Positions 38,245 to 50,521 of a DNA stretch of 64,000 bases are shown here, piece after piece; within the stretch, counting starts at the first letter, position 1, and each line of letters opens with the position of its first letter. Under the pieces are notes generated by a model. The model made no database searches. It saw only the letters and a list, made by a program, of their open reading frames with translations, and was not told where the DNA came from. The DNA lies in contig JAHBZN010000006.1 in the NCBI GenBank assembly GCA_019635415.1, positions 23,034 through 87,033 on the forward strand, written 5' to 3'. Made by a program: the position numbers and the translations under genes. The DNA is from Ramlibacter sp. (GTDB taxonomy: Bacteria; Pseudomonadota; Gammaproteobacteria; Burkholderiales; Burkholderiaceae_C).

Positions 38245-38308
38245 TTGTATACTGAGGGGCCTCAAGCCCTCGACAGTTCTTTGTCAAATGCTACCAAATC
38301 AATAGCAA
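38245..38308 (-). repeat. Dispersed repeat, copy g (reverse orientation; intergenic, upstream of the zinc-ribbon membrane protein gene)
   Basis: Reverse complement: tgctattgatttggtagcatttgacaaagaactgtcgagggcttgaggcccctcag. Confidence 0.5.
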
Positions 38309-38324
38309 ACATGAGGAGAAGTCT

Positions 38325-39404
38325 TTGAGCAAATCCCTCCGGCTGTCTGAAAAGTGGTTCCGCCGCGGCCTGTGGCTGGTGGCCCTGGTGTTTGCGGGTT
38401 TCCTGATTGGGCTGGGCGGCACGGTGGTGGGCGATCTGCCCAAGGTCGAAAAGCGTCTGGTGCTCGACGACTTCATTGACCAGCCCGCCGCCGTGCAGTT
38501 GCGCGCCGACATCAAGGCGGCCAACCGCGCTGACGAGGAGGCGCGCTCCGCGCTGGAGCAGGCGCGGCTGAAGCTGCAGGTGGCCCGCTCCGACTCGGCT
38601 GCGGCCCGCGAAACCTTCAACAACTGGCTGGCGACGCGGCGCGCGACCCAGCTCGCCGCGCAGGACCCCGAGCTGGTCGAGCGCACCCGCGCGCTCGATG
38701 GCCTCAAGCAGGCTGAGCGGGCGGCGCAGTCGGCCGTCGAGCAGCAGGAGCAGCGTGCGCTGGATGCGCGCCAGGCCGGGGCCAAGGCGCGGCGCAGCCT
38801 GGCCGAACTCGAACGCGATGCGCAGCAAAAACTCAGTGCCGAGGCCCGCAAGACCGAACTGCGCGTGTTTCTCTACCGCCTGGCGCTGACCCTGCCCTTG
38901 CTGGCCGTGGCCGGCTGGCTGTTCGTCAAGAAGCGCAAGGGCACCTACTGGCCCTTTGTCTGGGGCTTCATTCTCTTCGCGCTGTTCGCGTTCTTCGTCG
39001 AGCTGGTGCCTTACCTGCCGAGTTATGGCGGCTACGTCCGCTACATCGTGGGCATTGCCGTGACGGCGCTGGTGGGGCGCTACGCCATCCTGGCCCTGAA
39101 TCGGTATCTGGAGCGGCAAAAGCAGGCCGAGTTGCTGCCCGATGCCCAGCGCCGGGAGGAGCTCAGCTATGACGTCGCGCTGGCGAGGCTCGCCAAGAGC
39201 GTCTGCCCCGGCTGTGAGCGGCCCGTGGACCTGCGGAACGAGGCCATCGACTTCTGCCCCCATTGCGGCATTGGCCTGCACGACCGCTGCGGTCACTGCG
39301 GCACGCGCAAGAATGCCTTCTCGCGGTTTTGCCACGCCTGCGGTACCGGCGCCGGCGAAACCTTGGTGCCAACCCCCCCAGCCATGGAAGGAGCCCGGGC
39401 GTGA
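38325..39404 (+). CDS. Membrane protein: TM1, ~150-aa coiled coil, 3 TM segments, C-terminal double zinc ribbon
   Basis: TTG start with GAGGAG 7 nt upstream. C-terminal CPGCERPV...CPHCG...CGHCG...CHACG. Confidence 0.7.
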   Translation: MSKSLRLSEKWFRRGLWLVALVFAGFLIGLGGTVVGDLPKVEKRLVLDDFIDQPAAVQLRADIKAANRADEEARSALEQARLKLQVARSDSAAARETFNNWLATRRATQLAAQDPELVERTRALDGLKQAERAAQSAVEQQEQRALDARQAGAKARRSLAELERDAQQKLSAEARKTELRVFLYRLALTLPLLAVAGWLFVKKRKGTYWPFVWGFILFALFAFFVELVPYLPSYGGYVRYIVGIAVTALVGRYAILALNRYLERQKQAELLPDAQRREELSYDVALARLAKSVCPGCERPVDLRNEAIDFCPHCGIGLHDRCGHCGTRKNAFSRFCHACGTGAGETLVPTPPAMEGARA

Positions 39405-40081
39405 CCACAGCCGCCGGCGCACTCGCCAAATTCCGCAACGACCCTGCCAGCTTTCTTGCCAACTACTACCTGATCAACGAGCGGGCGATGCGTCAGTCCG
39501 GGCCCACGCAGTATTGGCTCGGGGCGCTCGGGTATGTCAATCTGCAGGGCCAGACCGTGTATGACCGCACGCCCCGACCCGGGTCCATCCTGGGCACCTG
39601 GCGCATGCACAACTCCAAGAACTTCAAGTTCGCGCGCAATCAGGGCGCGGTGGTGGGGGTCACTGCCCCGGTCATGGTGTGGCATGTCGACGTGGTGGGC
39701 GCGGCCTCGATCAATGTGGCCGCCATCCCGTCGCTGCAGGTCAGCCGTGTCGGCGGGCCGGACATCATGGTCACCACGCTGCTCAACGGCTGCACCTTCG
39801 TCTGCGAAGCCCGGGTGAACGACGTGCTGATGGCGCACGTGCAACCCACCGGGACCACCGCAGCGCTCCTGGAGCCCAACATCACCGCCAACGGCGCACT
39901 GACCAACGGTGGCCCGGTGGGCTCACTGACCGCTTTTGGCGGCAACCAGGGGTACAACCCCGGGGTCAGCGACGTCACGATCGTGGGGTTGCGCAACCAG
40001 GGCGTCTGGTCCCTCTACGCGCAGATTCATCCACGCAACCAGCGGTCCATCACGCAGGTGGTGAATTTCTTCAACGGCTGA
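39401..40081 (+). CDS. Uncharacterised cytoplasmic protein with a CNF1/CheD-like Cys...His(+15) dyad (candidate glutamine deamidase fold)
   Basis: GTG overlaps the upstream TGA (GTGA). LLNGCTFVCEARVNDVLMAHVQPTGTT: Cys codon at 39791, His codon at 39836. The start is uncertain. Confidence 0.5.
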   Translation: MTTAAGALAKFRNDPASFLANYYLINERAMRQSGPTQYWLGALGYVNLQGQTVYDRTPRPGSILGTWRMHNSKNFKFARNQGAVVGVTAPVMVWHVDVVGAASINVAAIPSLQVSRVGGPDIMVTTLLNGCTFVCEARVNDVLMAHVQPTGTTAALLEPNITANGALTNGGPVGSLTAFGGNQGYNPGVSDVTIVGLRNQGVWSLYAQIHPRNQRSITQVVNFFNG

Positions 40082-40562
40082 AGCCGCGCCAGCGCCGACG
40101 GATGACCCGGGCCAGGCGCCACGGCCAGGAAGCTCGGACCTGGGCGAGCAAGGCGTCCTTCCACGCCACCCAGCGATCGTGCAGGCGGGCGAACCACCCC
40201 AGGCGCATGAGCGCCGGCCGTGTGAGCGTGAACAGCCGGGCCACCACGGCCGTTCCGGCCAGCTTGGCGCCCAGAATCAACAAGGCGCCCGCCAGCGCAT
40301 GGCCTTGCCCGATGAGCCAGAGCGCGGCGATCTTGAGCGGCACCAAGGACAGGCTGGGCAGGGCGAACAGCGCCAGCGCACCGTAGGGCGGCAAGCCGGC
40401 AATCCAGGCCTCGATCTGCCGAAAGCCCGGCCACCGGCCCGCACGCGCCAGGGCCCGCTGCAGCGGCTCCCAGCCCCATTCCTCGAACACCAGCAGCAGG
40501 GCCAACAGCCACTTGAGTGGCCACAGCAAGGCGCGCCGCAGGCGGGTCAGCAGGGGCGGCAC
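40071..40562 (-). CDS. Small integral membrane protein downstream of tgt
   Basis: 163 aa with 3-4 TM segments. GTG start lies 1 nt after the tgt stop. Confidence 0.55.
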   Translation of the reverse strand: MPPLLTRLRRALLWPLKWLLALLLVFEEWGWEPLQRALARAGRWPGFRQIEAWIAGLPPYGALALFALPSLSLVPLKIAALWLIGQGHALAGALLILGAKLAGTAVVARLFTLTRPALMRLGWFARLHDRWVAWKDALLAQVRASWPWRLARVIRRRWRGFSR

Positions 40563-40563
40563 G

Positions 40564-41769
<1,206 letters not shown>

Positions 41770-42825
41770 TCAGGCTGCTTGCGCCGTGCGGTCCAGCAGC
41801 ATGGCGTCGCCATAGCTGAAGAACCGGTAGCGCTGTGCAATGGCGTGGCGGTACAGGCCCATCACCTGCTCGTAGCCCGCCAAAGCGCTGACCAGCATCA
41901 TGAGGGTCGACTTGGGCAGATGGAAGTTGGTGATCAGCCGGTCCACGACGGCGAATTCGAATCCGGGCGTGATGAAAATGCTGGTGTCACCGGTGGCCTG
42001 TCCGCTGCGAGCCCACGACTCCAGCGTGCGCACGGTGGTGGTGCCCACCGCCACCACCCTGCCACCCCGTGCGCGGCAGGCGGCAAGCGCTGCCACCGTC
42101 GCCTCGGGCACGTCGTACCACTCGCTGTGCATGCGATGGGCGCTGAGGTCCTCGGTCTTCACGGGCTGGAAGGTGCCGGCGCCCACGTGCAGGGTCACGC
42201 TCGCGCGCAGGACGCCGCGCTCGGCCAGGGCGGCAAGCAGTGCCTCGTCGAAGTGCAGCGCCGCCGTGGGCGCGGCCACGGCGCCGGGATGGCGTGCAAA
42301 CACGGTCTGGTAGCGTCGCTCATCCTCGGCGGAGTCGGCGTGGGTGATATAGGGCGGCAGCGGCACGTGGCCAAAACCGGCCATGAGCTGATGAGGTTCA
42401 TCGCTGAACGCGAAGCGGAACAGCGCGCCGTCGTCATCGGGCCAGCGGCCCTGCAGCATGGCGCTGAAGCCCGGGCTTTGCGCCCGGTCCACACCCATGC
42501 GCAGCACCGTGCCCACAGGGGGCTTCTTGCTGGTCTTCATGTGGGCCACCACTTCGTGTCCGGGCAGGACCCGTTCCACCAGCAGTTCCACCTTGCCGCC
42601 GCTGGGCTTTTCACCAAACAGCCGGGCCTTGATGACCTGGGTGTCGTTGAACACCAGCAGGTCGCCGGGGGCCAGCAGTTGGGGCAGATCGCGGAAGACC
42701 CGGTCCACCGCGGCGGGGCCGGTGCCGTCCAGCAGGCGCGAGGCGCTGCGCTCGGCGGCCGGGTGCTGGGCCACGAGTTCGTCGGGCAGGTGGAAATCGA
42801 AATCGCTGAGCGTGAAGTGGCGCAT
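41770..42825 (-). CDS. queA: S-adenosylmethionine:tRNA ribosyltransferase-isomerase
   Basis: [23 protein letters not shown]...[11 protein letters not shown]...[10 protein letters not shown]. Internal ATG at 42825. Confidence 0.95.
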   Translation of the reverse strand: MRHFTLSDFDFHLPDELVAQHPAAERSASRLLDGTGPAAVDRVFRDLPQLLAPGDLLVFNDTQVIKARLFGEKPSGGKVELLVERVLPGHEVVAHMKTSKKPPVGTVLRMGVDRAQSPGFSAMLQGRWPDDDGALFRFAFSDEPHQLMAGFGHVPLPPYITHADSAEDERRYQTVFARHPGAVAAPTAALHFDEALLAALAERGVLRASVTLHVGAGTFQPVKTEDLSAHRMHSEWYDVPEATVAALAACRARGGRVVAVGTTTVRTLESWARSGQATGDTSIFITPGFEFAVVDRLITNFHLPKSTLMMLVSALAGYEQVMGLYRHAIAQRYRFFSYGDAMLLDRTAQAA

Positions 42826-42898
42826 GCTGCTTGAGGGCTGGACCAAACCCGTGCCAAGAGAAGAAAGAAAGGGGGCGGAGACCGGGCAGAATTGTCCC

Positions 42899-44977
42899 AT
42901 GCCTGAAAAGCAGGAACTGTCCGCCCCGCAGAAAGCCCTTCTCAAGCTCGGGCTGGCGCGCGACATCGACCTGGCCCTGCACTTGCCGCTGCGCTATGAG
43001 GACGAAACCCGCCTCGTGAAGCTGCGCGACGCGCGCGAAGGCGATACCGTGCAGATCGAAGCCACCGTCACGCACAGCGAGGTCGCCTTCCGCCCGCGCC
43101 GCCAGCTGCTGGTCACGGTGGACGACGGCAGCGACACCTGCGTGCTGCGTTTCTTCAGCTTCTACCCCTCGCAGCAGAAGGCACTGGCCGTGGGGGCTCG
43201 GGTGCGGGTGCGTGGCGAGCTCAAGGGCGGGTTTCTGGGCTGGACCCTGATGCACCCCTCGTTCCGGCCGGCAGGGGGTGAACTGGCCACCGCCCTCACG
43301 CCGGTGTACCCCACGGTGGCCGGGCTCCCGCAAGCCTATCTGCGCAAGGCCGTGCTGGGCGGCCTTGCGCGTGCCGACCTGGCGGAACTGATTCCGCCCG
43401 GAGTTTCCGGTCAAATCGGGCTGCAGCCCGCCTGGGGCCTTCGTGAGGCGCTCTCCTTTTTGCACCATCCAACGCCCGACGTCTCGATCGCCGCGCTTGA
43501 GGACCGCAGCCACCCGGCCTGGCAACGCCTGAAGGCCGAGGAACTGCTGGCCCAGCAGCTTTCGCAGTTGCAGAGCAAGCGTGAGCGGGCGCGTTTGCGC
43601 GCGCCCGCGCTGGCGGCGGCCAACGGCGGATTGCACGAGCAGTTGCTGGCTGTGCTGCCCTTCCAGCTCACGGGCGCGCAGCGCCGCGTGGGCGAGGAGA
43701 TCGCGCAGAACCTGGGCCGGCCCGTGCCCATGCACCGCCTGCTGCAGGGGGATGTGGGCTCCGGCAAGACCGTGGTGGCGGCGCTGGCGGCGGCCATCGC
43801 GATCGACGCCGGCTGGCAGTGTGCGTTGATGGCGCCCACCGAGATCCTGGCGGAGCAGCATTTCCGCAAGCTCATCGGCTGGCTCGAACCCCTGCTGGCG
43901 CCGCGCGGCCAGCGCGTGGCCTGGCTGACCGGCAGCCAGAAGAAGAAGGAGCGCGCCGCCATGCTGGCGCTGGTGGAAAGCGGTGAGGCGGCGCTGGTCG
44001 TCGGCACGCACGCGGTCATTCAGGAGCAGGTCCGGTTCCGCAAGCTCGCGCTGGCCGTGATCGACGAGCAACACCGGTTTGGCGTGGCCCAGCGGCTGGC
44101 CCTGCGCGGCAAGATGAGCGAGGACGGGCAGGAGCCGCATCTGCTGATGATGAGCGCCACGCCCATACCGCGCACGCTGGCCATGAGCTACTACGCGGAC
44201 CTCGATGTCTCCACGCTTGATGAGCTGCCGCCCGGCCGCACGCCCATCGTGACCAAGGTGATTTCCGACCACCGGCGCGACGAGGTGATCCAGCGCATCC
44301 GCGCCCAGCTGGCGCAGGGCCGGCAGGTCTACTGGGTCTGCCCGCTGATCGAGGAAAGCGAGGCGCTGGACCTGACCAACGCCACCCAGACCCATGCCGA
44401 CCTGAGCGCGGCGCTGCAGGAGGGGGGCGCGCCGGTGCTGGTCGGCCTGCTGCACTCGCGCATGCCGGTGGCCGAGAAGAAGGCAGTGATGTCGCTGTTC
44501 ACCGGCGGACAGATGGGCGTGCTGGTCAGCACCACGGTGATCGAGGTCGGCGTGGACGTGCCCAACGCCTCGCTCATGGTGATCGAGCATGCCGAGCGTT
44601 TCGGCCTGAGCCAGCTGCACCAGTTGCGCGGCCGCGTGGGCCGGGGCGCGGCGGCTTCGGCCTGCGTGCTGCTGTATTCGACAGGGGACAGCCCGCGCCT
44701 GGGCGAGACCGCGCGGGCGCGGCTCAAGGCCATGGCCGACACCCAGGACGGCTTCGAGATCGCGCGCCGCGACCTGGACATCCGCGGCCCGGGCGAGTTC
44801 CTGGGGGCCCGCCAGTCGGGCGCGCCGCTGTTGCGCTTTGCCGACCTGGCCACCGACACCGACCTGCTCGAATGGGCCCGCGCGCTGGCGCCGGTGATGC
44901 TGGACCGCTATCCTGACAACGCCCGGGCCCATGTGGCCCGGTGGTTGGGTGGAAAATCGGAATATCTGAAAGCCTGA
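42899..44977 (+). CDS. recG: ATP-dependent DNA helicase RecG
   Basis: Wedge domain plus helicase motifs ([36 protein letters not shown]). Internal ATG at 42899. Confidence 0.95.
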   Translation: MPEKQELSAPQKALLKLGLARDIDLALHLPLRYEDETRLVKLRDAREGDTVQIEATVTHSEVAFRPRRQLLVTVDDGSDTCVLRFFSFYPSQQKALAVGARVRVRGELKGGFLGWTLMHPSFRPAGGELATALTPVYPTVAGLPQAYLRKAVLGGLARADLAELIPPGVSGQIGLQPAWGLREALSFLHHPTPDVSIAALEDRSHPAWQRLKAEELLAQQLSQLQSKRERARLRAPALAAANGGLHEQLLAVLPFQLTGAQRRVGEEIAQNLGRPVPMHRLLQGDVGSGKTVVAALAAAIAIDAGWQCALMAPTEILAEQHFRKLIGWLEPLLAPRGQRVAWLTGSQKKKERAAMLALVESGEAALVVGTHAVIQEQVRFRKLALAVIDEQHRFGVAQRLALRGKMSEDGQEPHLLMMSATPIPRTLAMSYYADLDVSTLDELPPGRTPIVTKVISDHRRDEVIQRIRAQLAQGRQVYWVCPLIEESEALDLTNATQTHADLSAALQEGGAPVLVGLLHSRMPVAEKKAVMSLFTGGQMGVLVSTTVIEVGVDVPNASLMVIEHAERFGLSQLHQLRGRVGRGAAASACVLLYSTGDSPRLGETARARLKAMADTQDGFEIARRDLDIRGPGEFLGARQSGAPLLRFADLATDTDLLEWARALAPVMLDRYPDNARAHVARWLGGKSEYLKA

Positions 44978-44980
44978 TGC

Positions 44981-45943
44981 ATGACGCTGACCGAACTCAA
45001 ATACATCGTCGCCGTGGCCCGGGAGAAGCACTTCGGCAAGGCCGCCGAGGCCTGTTTTGTCTCGCAGCCCACCTTGTCGGTGGCGATCAAGAAGCTGGAA
45101 GACGAGCTCGAGGTCAAGCTGTTCGAGCGCAGCGCCAACGAGGTCACGGTGACGCCACTGGGCGAGGAGATCGTGCGCCAGGCGCAGAGCGTGCTGGAGC
45201 AGGCGGCCAGCATCAAGGAAATCGCCAAGCGCGGCAAGGACCCGCTGGCCGGGCCGCTGCGCCTGGGCATCATCTACACCATCGGACCCTACCTGCTCCC
45301 GGACCTGGTGCGCCAGGCCATCGCGCGCACGCCGCAGATGCCGCTGATGCTGCAGGAGAACTTCACCGTCAAGCTGCTCGAGATGCTGCGCACCGGCGAA
45401 ATCGACTGCGCCATCATGGCCGAGCCCTTTCCCGATACCGGGCTGGCCACGGCGGCGCTGTACGACGAACCCTTCATGGCGGCGGTGCCGAGCACCCACG
45501 CGCTGGCCTCGCACCCCAGCGTCACGGCCGAGGTCCTGAAGAAGGAGACCATGCTGCTGCTGGGCAACGGGCATTGCTTCCGCGACCATGTGCTCGAGGT
45601 GTGCCCCGAGTTCGCCCGTTTTTCCAGCGATGCCGAGGGCATCCGCAAGAGCTTCGAGGGGTCGTCGCTGGAAACCATCAAGCACATGGTGGCCGCGGGC
45701 ATGGGCGTGACCCTGGTGCCGCGCCTGTCCGTGCCGCGCGAGGCGCTGGACCCGAAGAGGCGCAAGAAGGACGAGGACGCCTTCGTCAAGTACCTGCCCA
45801 TCACCGACGAGCACGGCGGGGGGCCGCCGATGCGTCGGGTGGTGCTGGCCTGGCGCCGCAGCTTCACGCGCTATGAAGCCATTGCCGCGCTGCGCAATGC
45901 GGTGTACGCCTGCGAGTTGCCGGGTGTGACCCGCCTGTCCTGA
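44981..45943 (+). CDS. oxyR: LysR-family hydrogen-peroxide-inducible genes activator OxyR
   Basis: MTLTELKYIVAVAREKHFGKAAEACFVSQPTLSVAIKKLE...GNGHCFRDH (redox Cys). The recG-oxyR linkage is typical of Burkholderiales. Confidence 0.8.
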   Translation: MTLTELKYIVAVAREKHFGKAAEACFVSQPTLSVAIKKLEDELEVKLFERSANEVTVTPLGEEIVRQAQSVLEQAASIKEIAKRGKDPLAGPLRLGIIYTIGPYLLPDLVRQAIARTPQMPLMLQENFTVKLLEMLRTGEIDCAIMAEPFPDTGLATAALYDEPFMAAVPSTHALASHPSVTAEVLKKETMLLLGNGHCFRDHVLEVCPEFARFSSDAEGIRKSFEGSSLETIKHMVAAGMGVTLVPRLSVPREALDPKRRKKDEDAFVKYLPITDEHGGGPPMRRVVLAWRRSFTRYEAIAALRNAVYACELPGVTRLS

Positions 45944-45993
45944 TCCCGCGCCGCGAAGGCGCAGTTGTTGTGAGTCCTGGAGTCTGTCTGTCG

Positions 45994-46890
45994 ATGAAGA
46001 GCGCCCAAACCGGCATCCTGCAAGCGGTCCCGCCCCAGGGGCGGTACCTGTCCTATTCACTGGAGCAACCGGCTGTCCTGGCCGGGGCGCTGGACCGTCT
46101 GGCCGGGCTTCCGGGTGGCGCTGACCGGGTGGTGGGCCTGGGGCTGGCCACGGTGGCTGCGCTGGGCCGGCAGGTGCCGGGCCTGCGCGAGATGCCCGAC
46201 CTCTCGGGCCATGGCGTGAGCGTGCCGACCGGGCCCGTGGCGTTGTGGTGCTGGCTGCGCGGCGAGGACCGCGGCGACCTTGTCCTGCAGACCCGCAGGC
46301 TGGACCTGGCGCTGGCCCCGGCCTTCCGACCGGGGCTGGTGGTCGATGCCTTTCGTCACGGACGCGGGCCGAATGGCCACGGGCGGGACCTCACGGGGTA
46401 TGAAGACGGCACCGAAAACCCCCAGGGCGAAGCCGCCATCCAGGCGGCCCTGGTCCAGGGTGCCGGACCCGGGCTCGACGGTTCGAGCTATGTCGCCGTC
46501 CAGCAATGGCAGCACGACTTTGCGGCGTTCGAACGCCTGACACCGCAGCAGCAGGACGATGCCGTCGGCCGCCGACGCACCGACAACGAGGAGCTGGACG
46601 ACGCCCCGGCGTCGGCCCACGTGAAACGAACCGCCCAGGAGAGCTTTGAACCCGAAGCCTTTGTGCTGCGCCGCTCCATGCCCTGGTCGATGGGCGCCAG
46701 CGCCGGGCTGATGTTTGTGGCGTTTGGCCATTCGCTGGACGCGTTCGAGGTCCAGATGCGGCGCATGGCCGGCCAGGACGACGGTGTCACCGACGCGCTG
46801 TTCGGGTTCTCACGCCCCGTCAACGGGGCCTACCTCTGGTGTCCGCCGGTGCTCGACGGCCGTCTCGACCTGCGGCAGCTCGGCCTGTGA
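45994..46890 (+). CDS. Dyp-type peroxidase
   Basis: GYEDGTENP (GxxDG), HV.R, RRSMPW, FVAF motifs. Confidence 0.85.
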   Translation: MKSAQTGILQAVPPQGRYLSYSLEQPAVLAGALDRLAGLPGGADRVVGLGLATVAALGRQVPGLREMPDLSGHGVSVPTGPVALWCWLRGEDRGDLVLQTRRLDLALAPAFRPGLVVDAFRHGRGPNGHGRDLTGYEDGTENPQGEAAIQAALVQGAGPGLDGSSYVAVQQWQHDFAAFERLTPQQQDDAVGRRRTDNEELDDAPASAHVKRTAQESFEPEAFVLRRSMPWSMGASAGLMFVAFGHSLDAFEVQMRRMAGQDDGVTDALFGFSRPVNGAYLWCPPVLDGRLDLRQLGL

Positions 46891-47759
46891 GTGCCGCCCT
46901 GGCGCGCGACCGCATCGCGCTGTACCTCGACCTGATCCGCTGGAACCGGCCCGCAGGCTGGCTGCTGCTGCTGTGGCCCACGCTCAGCGCGCTCTGGGTG
47001 GCATCGCACGGCTGGCCCGGGTGGAAGCCGGTGCTGGTCTTTACGCTGGGCACCATCCTCATGCGCAGCGCGGGATGCTGCGTCAACGACGTGGCGGACC
47101 GCGATTTCGACCGCCACGTGAAGCGCACGGCGCAGCGGCCGGTCACGGCCGGCAGGGTCTCGGTCCGCGAGGCGCTGCTGCTCGGCGCACTGCTCGCGCT
47201 GCTGGCGTTCGGACTGGTGCTGACCACCAATGCCGTGACCGTGGCCTGGTCGTTCGCGGCGCTGGCCATTGCGCTGGTGTACCCGTATGCCAAGCGCCTG
47301 GTGTCCATGCCGCAGGCGGTGCTCGGGGTGGCGTTCAGCTTTGGGATCCCCATGGCGTTTGCCGCCGTGCAGTCGCGGGTGCCCGTGCTGGCCTGGCTGC
47401 TGCTGCTGGGCAACTTGTTCTGGGTGCTGGCCTACGACACCGAATACGCCATGGTGGACCGGGATGATGACCTGCGCATCGGCATGAAGACCTCGGCCAT
47501 CACGCTGGGACGCTTCGACGTGCCCGCCGTGATGGTTTTCTATGCCATTTATCTGTCTATTTGGGTTCTAGCCCTTATGGGGCGGCCATCTGGCGCTATC
47601 TTTTACATAGCAATCGGCTGTGCCGCAGCCCAGGCTGCATGGCACTGGACGCTGATCCGGGGGCGCACGCGCGAGGGATGCTTCAAGGCCTTCCGGCTCA
47701 ACCACTGGGTGGGCTTCGCCGTGTTCGCGGGCATCGCGCTCGACAGCCTGGTGGGGTGA
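46887..47759 (+). CDS. ubiA: 4-hydroxybenzoate polyprenyltransferase
   Basis: [15 protein letters not shown] and [17 protein letters not shown] (the two Asp-rich motifs). The GTG start overlaps the dyp TGA. Confidence 0.92.
   Translation: MSAALARDRIALYLDLIRWNRPAGWLLLLWPTLSALWVASHGWPGWKPVLVFTLGTILMRSAGCCVNDVADRDFDRHVKRTAQRPVTAGRVSVREALLLGALLALLAFGLVLTTNAVTVAWSFAALAIALVYPYAKRLVSMPQAVLGVAFSFGIPMAFAAVQSRVPVLAWLLLLGNLFWVLAYDTEYAMVDRDDDLRIGMKTSAITLGRFDVPAVMVFYAIYLSIWVLALMGRPSGAIFYIAIGCAAAQAAWHWTLIRGRTREGCFKAFRLNHWVGFAVFAGIALDSLVG
47556..47618 (-). repeat. Dispersed repeat, copy h (reverse orientation; embedded in-frame in ubiA and locally very A/T-rich)
   Basis: Reverse complement: gattgctatgtaaaagatagcgccagatggccgccccataagggctagaacccaaatagac. 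Same block order as copy a. Confidence 0.45.
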
Positions 47760-47783
47760 GGGCTCCCGGTGGGCCGTGGTGCT

Positions 47784-48086
47784 TCAGGCCACTTTGGCCG
47801 CTTTCGCGTGGATCTTTTTGCTGACGGGGCGCTTTGTCTTGCCGGCCTTGCCCTTCTGGGCCACCTTGGTGGCCTTGTGCCCCTTGCGTGCACGTGCACT
47901 GGCGCGGGTTTTGCCCTTGGCGTGCCGGCTGGCGGAGGCCTTGGCCCGTTTGGCCTTGACGGCCTTCTTGGTCCCCTTGGCCCCCTTGGCCGGGGCCGTG
48001 GTTTCCGCAGCCTGAGCCGGCACGCCGGCCAGCAGTGGCGTTCCCAGCAGGCTGAAACTGAGCAGGGCGGCGATGAAGTTTTTCAT
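47784..48086 (-). CDS. Small secreted, extremely basic Lys/Ala-rich protein
   Basis: AGGAG then ATG at 48086. Signal peptide MKNFIAALLSFSLLGTPLLAGVPAQA, then about 75 aa of KGAKGTKKAVKAKRAK.... Confidence 0.5.
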   Translation of the reverse strand: MKNFIAALLSFSLLGTPLLAGVPAQAAETTAPAKGAKGTKKAVKAKRAKASASRHAKGKTRASARARKGHKATKVAQKGKAGKTKRPVSKKIHAKAAKVA

Positions 48087-48127
48087 GGGAACTCCTGGCG
48101 GGGTCGGACTGCGCAGTGTGCCAGTGT

Positions 48128-48949
48128 TCAGCGGCCGAATTCCTCGCCCAGCTCCCGGGCACGCACGCGGGCCGCATGCAACGCCTGGCGGAACAGCGCA
48201 TCCATGCCACTGTTCTGCATGGCGCTGATGGCGGCGTAGGTGGTCCCGCCCTTGGAGGTCACCCGTTCGCGCAGCACCTCGGGCGGGTCCTGCGAGGCGC
48301 GCGCCAGCTCGGACGCCCCCACGAACGTGCCCACGGCCAGCCGGTGGGCCTGTTCGTGCGACAGGCCCATTTCGACGCCCGCCGCCGTCATGGATTCGAG
48401 GAAGAAGAACACATATGCCGGGCCTGAGCCGGACAGCGCCGTGACGGCGTCCAGCTGTTCTTCGGCCTCCACCCAGAGGTGATCCCCCGTGGTGGCGATC
48501 ACGCGTTCGACCAGGGACCGGTCGGCCGGGGTCACCTCGGGCCGCGGGTAGAGCGCGGTCATCCCCTTGCCGACCAGCGCGGGGGTGTTGGGCATGGAGC
48601 GCACCACGCGGCCCGTGCCCAGCCATTGCGCGATGCTGTCGCTGCGGATGCCCGCGGCCACGCTGAGGTGCAGCGCCGCCCCCGTATGGGGGCGGGCCTG
48701 GGCAGCGGCGTCGCTGAACGTCTGGGGCTTGACGGCCCACACCACGAGCCCGGCCCGTGCCAGCGCCGCGCCGGCCACCTCCTGCGCGGTGATGCCGAAC
48801 TGGGTGAGCAGCTTGTCGCGGGCCGGGGCGAAGGGCTCCACCACCTCGATCTGGGAGGCCGGCAGGCCCTGCTTGAGCAGCCCGCCGATGATGGCGCTGG
48901 CCATGTTGCCGCCGCCGATGAAGGCGATCGGGAGTTCCTGGGTTGTCAT
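48128..48949 (-). CDS. proC: Pyrroline-5-carboxylate reductase
   Basis: [17 protein letters not shown]...[11 protein letters not shown]...VTSKGGTT. Confidence 0.93.
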   Translation of the reverse strand: MTTQELPIAFIGGGNMASAIIGGLLKQGLPASQIEVVEPFAPARDKLLTQFGITAQEVAGAALARAGLVVWAVKPQTFSDAAAQARPHTGAALHLSVAAGIRSDSIAQWLGTGRVVRSMPNTPALVGKGMTALYPRPEVTPADRSLVERVIATTGDHLWVEAEEQLDAVTALSGSGPAYVFFFLESMTAAGVEMGLSHEQAHRLAVGTFVGASELARASQDPPEVLRERVTSKGGTTYAAISAMQNSGMDALFRQALHAARVRARELGEEFGR

Positions 48950-48997
48950 GGATGGCAGTCTATTCGCAGGCAGGCCCATACGGTACGCTTATTGCCC

Positions 48998-50521
48998 ATG
49001 AAATACATACTTGCACTGGACCAGGGCACGACCAGCTCGCGCGCCATTGTGTTTGACCGTCAGGGCCGGGCGGTGGCGAGCGCGCAGCAGGAGTTCCGCC
49101 AGAGCTTTCCCCGGCCGGGCTGGGTCGAGCACGATGCCCGGGAGATCTGGGCCTCGCAGCGTGCCGTGGCCGCCCAGGCCCTGCGGGACGTTCTGGAGGG
49201 GCAATCCTTGCACGCCCTGGCGGGCGAAGTGGCCATCGGCATCACCAACCAGCGCGAAACCACGGTGCTGTGGGACCGGGCCACCGGCGAGCCGGTGGCC
49301 CCCGCGATCGTCTGGCAGGACCGCCGCACCGCAGCGCGCTGCGACGAACTGCGCCGCCAGGGCAAAGCCGGGCTGATCCAGCGCAAGACCGGGCTGGTGA
49401 TCGATGCCTATTTCTCCGGGACCAAGCTGCAGTGGCTGCTGGAGCATGTTCCGGGAGCGCGCGCGCGCGCCCAGCGGGGCGAACTGGCTTTCGGCACGAT
49501 CGACAGCTGGCTGATCTGGAATCTCACGGGCGGCACAACCCACGTCACAGATGCCAGCAACGCATCGCGCACGCTGCTGTTCAACCTGCACACGCTCCAG
49601 TGGGACGACGAGTTGCTGAGGCTTTTGGACATTCCCCGCAGTGTGCTGCCCCAGGTGGTGCCTTCGTGCGGCGTGCTTGGCCACACGGCGTCTGCCGTGT
49701 TCGGCGCTTCGCTGCCCATTGCGGGCCTGGCCGGTGACCAGCAGGCCGCCACGTTTGGGCAGGCCTGCTTTGCGCCGGGCATGGCCAAGAACACCTATGG
49801 CACCGGCTGCTTCATGCTCATGAATACGGGCGACGCCGCGGTGGCCAGCCGCAACCAGCTCCTGTCCACCGTGGGATGGCAGGGGCCGCCGCAACAGGCC
49901 CGCAACACGGCCTACTGCCTGGAGGGCGGAGTGTTCATGGCCGGGGCCACCATCCAGTGGCTACGCGATGGCCTGCAAATGATCCAGTCCGCCCCCGAGG
50001 TGGAGGCCCTGGCCGCATTGGTGCCGGACACGGGCGATGTCTATCTCGTGCCCGCCTTCGCCGGGCTGGGGGCCCCGGATTGGGATGGCTATGCCCGCGG
50101 CACGCTGATCGGCATGACTCGCGGCACCACGCGTGCGCACATTGCCCGCGCGGCGCTGGAAGCCATCGCCTTGCAGGTGGCCGACGTGTTTGCCGCCATG
50201 GCACGCGACAGTGGCATAGCGCTGAAGGAGCTGCGGGTCGATGGTGGTGCCTCCAGCAACAACCTGCTGATGCAGATGCAGGCCGACTTCCTGGGCGTGC
50301 CGGTGGTCCGGCCGAAGGTGACCGAGACCACGGCCTTGGGGGCCGCCTATCTGGCGGGGCTGGCCACGGGTTTCTGGCGCGACGCGCAGGAAATCTCCGC
50401 TCAATGGCAGGTGGACCGCCGGTTCGAGCCCCAGATGACGGGCCGTGACCGCACCGCCAAGCTGGCGCGCTGGCGCCAGGCGGTGGAGCGCGCCAAGGGC
50501 TGGGACAATGTGACCCCATGA
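48998..50521 (+). CDS. glpK: Glycerol kinase
   Basis: [20 protein letters not shown]...[13 protein letters not shown]...[13 protein letters not shown]. Confidence 0.96.
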   Translation: MKYILALDQGTTSSRAIVFDRQGRAVASAQQEFRQSFPRPGWVEHDAREIWASQRAVAAQALRDVLEGQSLHALAGEVAIGITNQRETTVLWDRATGEPVAPAIVWQDRRTAARCDELRRQGKAGLIQRKTGLVIDAYFSGTKLQWLLEHVPGARARAQRGELAFGTIDSWLIWNLTGGTTHVTDASNASRTLLFNLHTLQWDDELLRLLDIPRSVLPQVVPSCGVLGHTASAVFGASLPIAGLAGDQQAATFGQACFAPGMAKNTYGTGCFMLMNTGDAAVASRNQLLSTVGWQGPPQQARNTAYCLEGGVFMAGATIQWLRDGLQMIQSAPEVEALAALVPDTGDVYLVPAFAGLGAPDWDGYARGTLIGMTRGTTRAHIARAALEAIALQVADVFAAMARDSGIALKELRVDGGASSNNLLMQMQADFLGVPVVRPKVTETTALGAAYLAGLATGFWRDAQEISAQWQVDRRFEPQMTGRDRTAKLARWRQAVERAKGWDNVTP

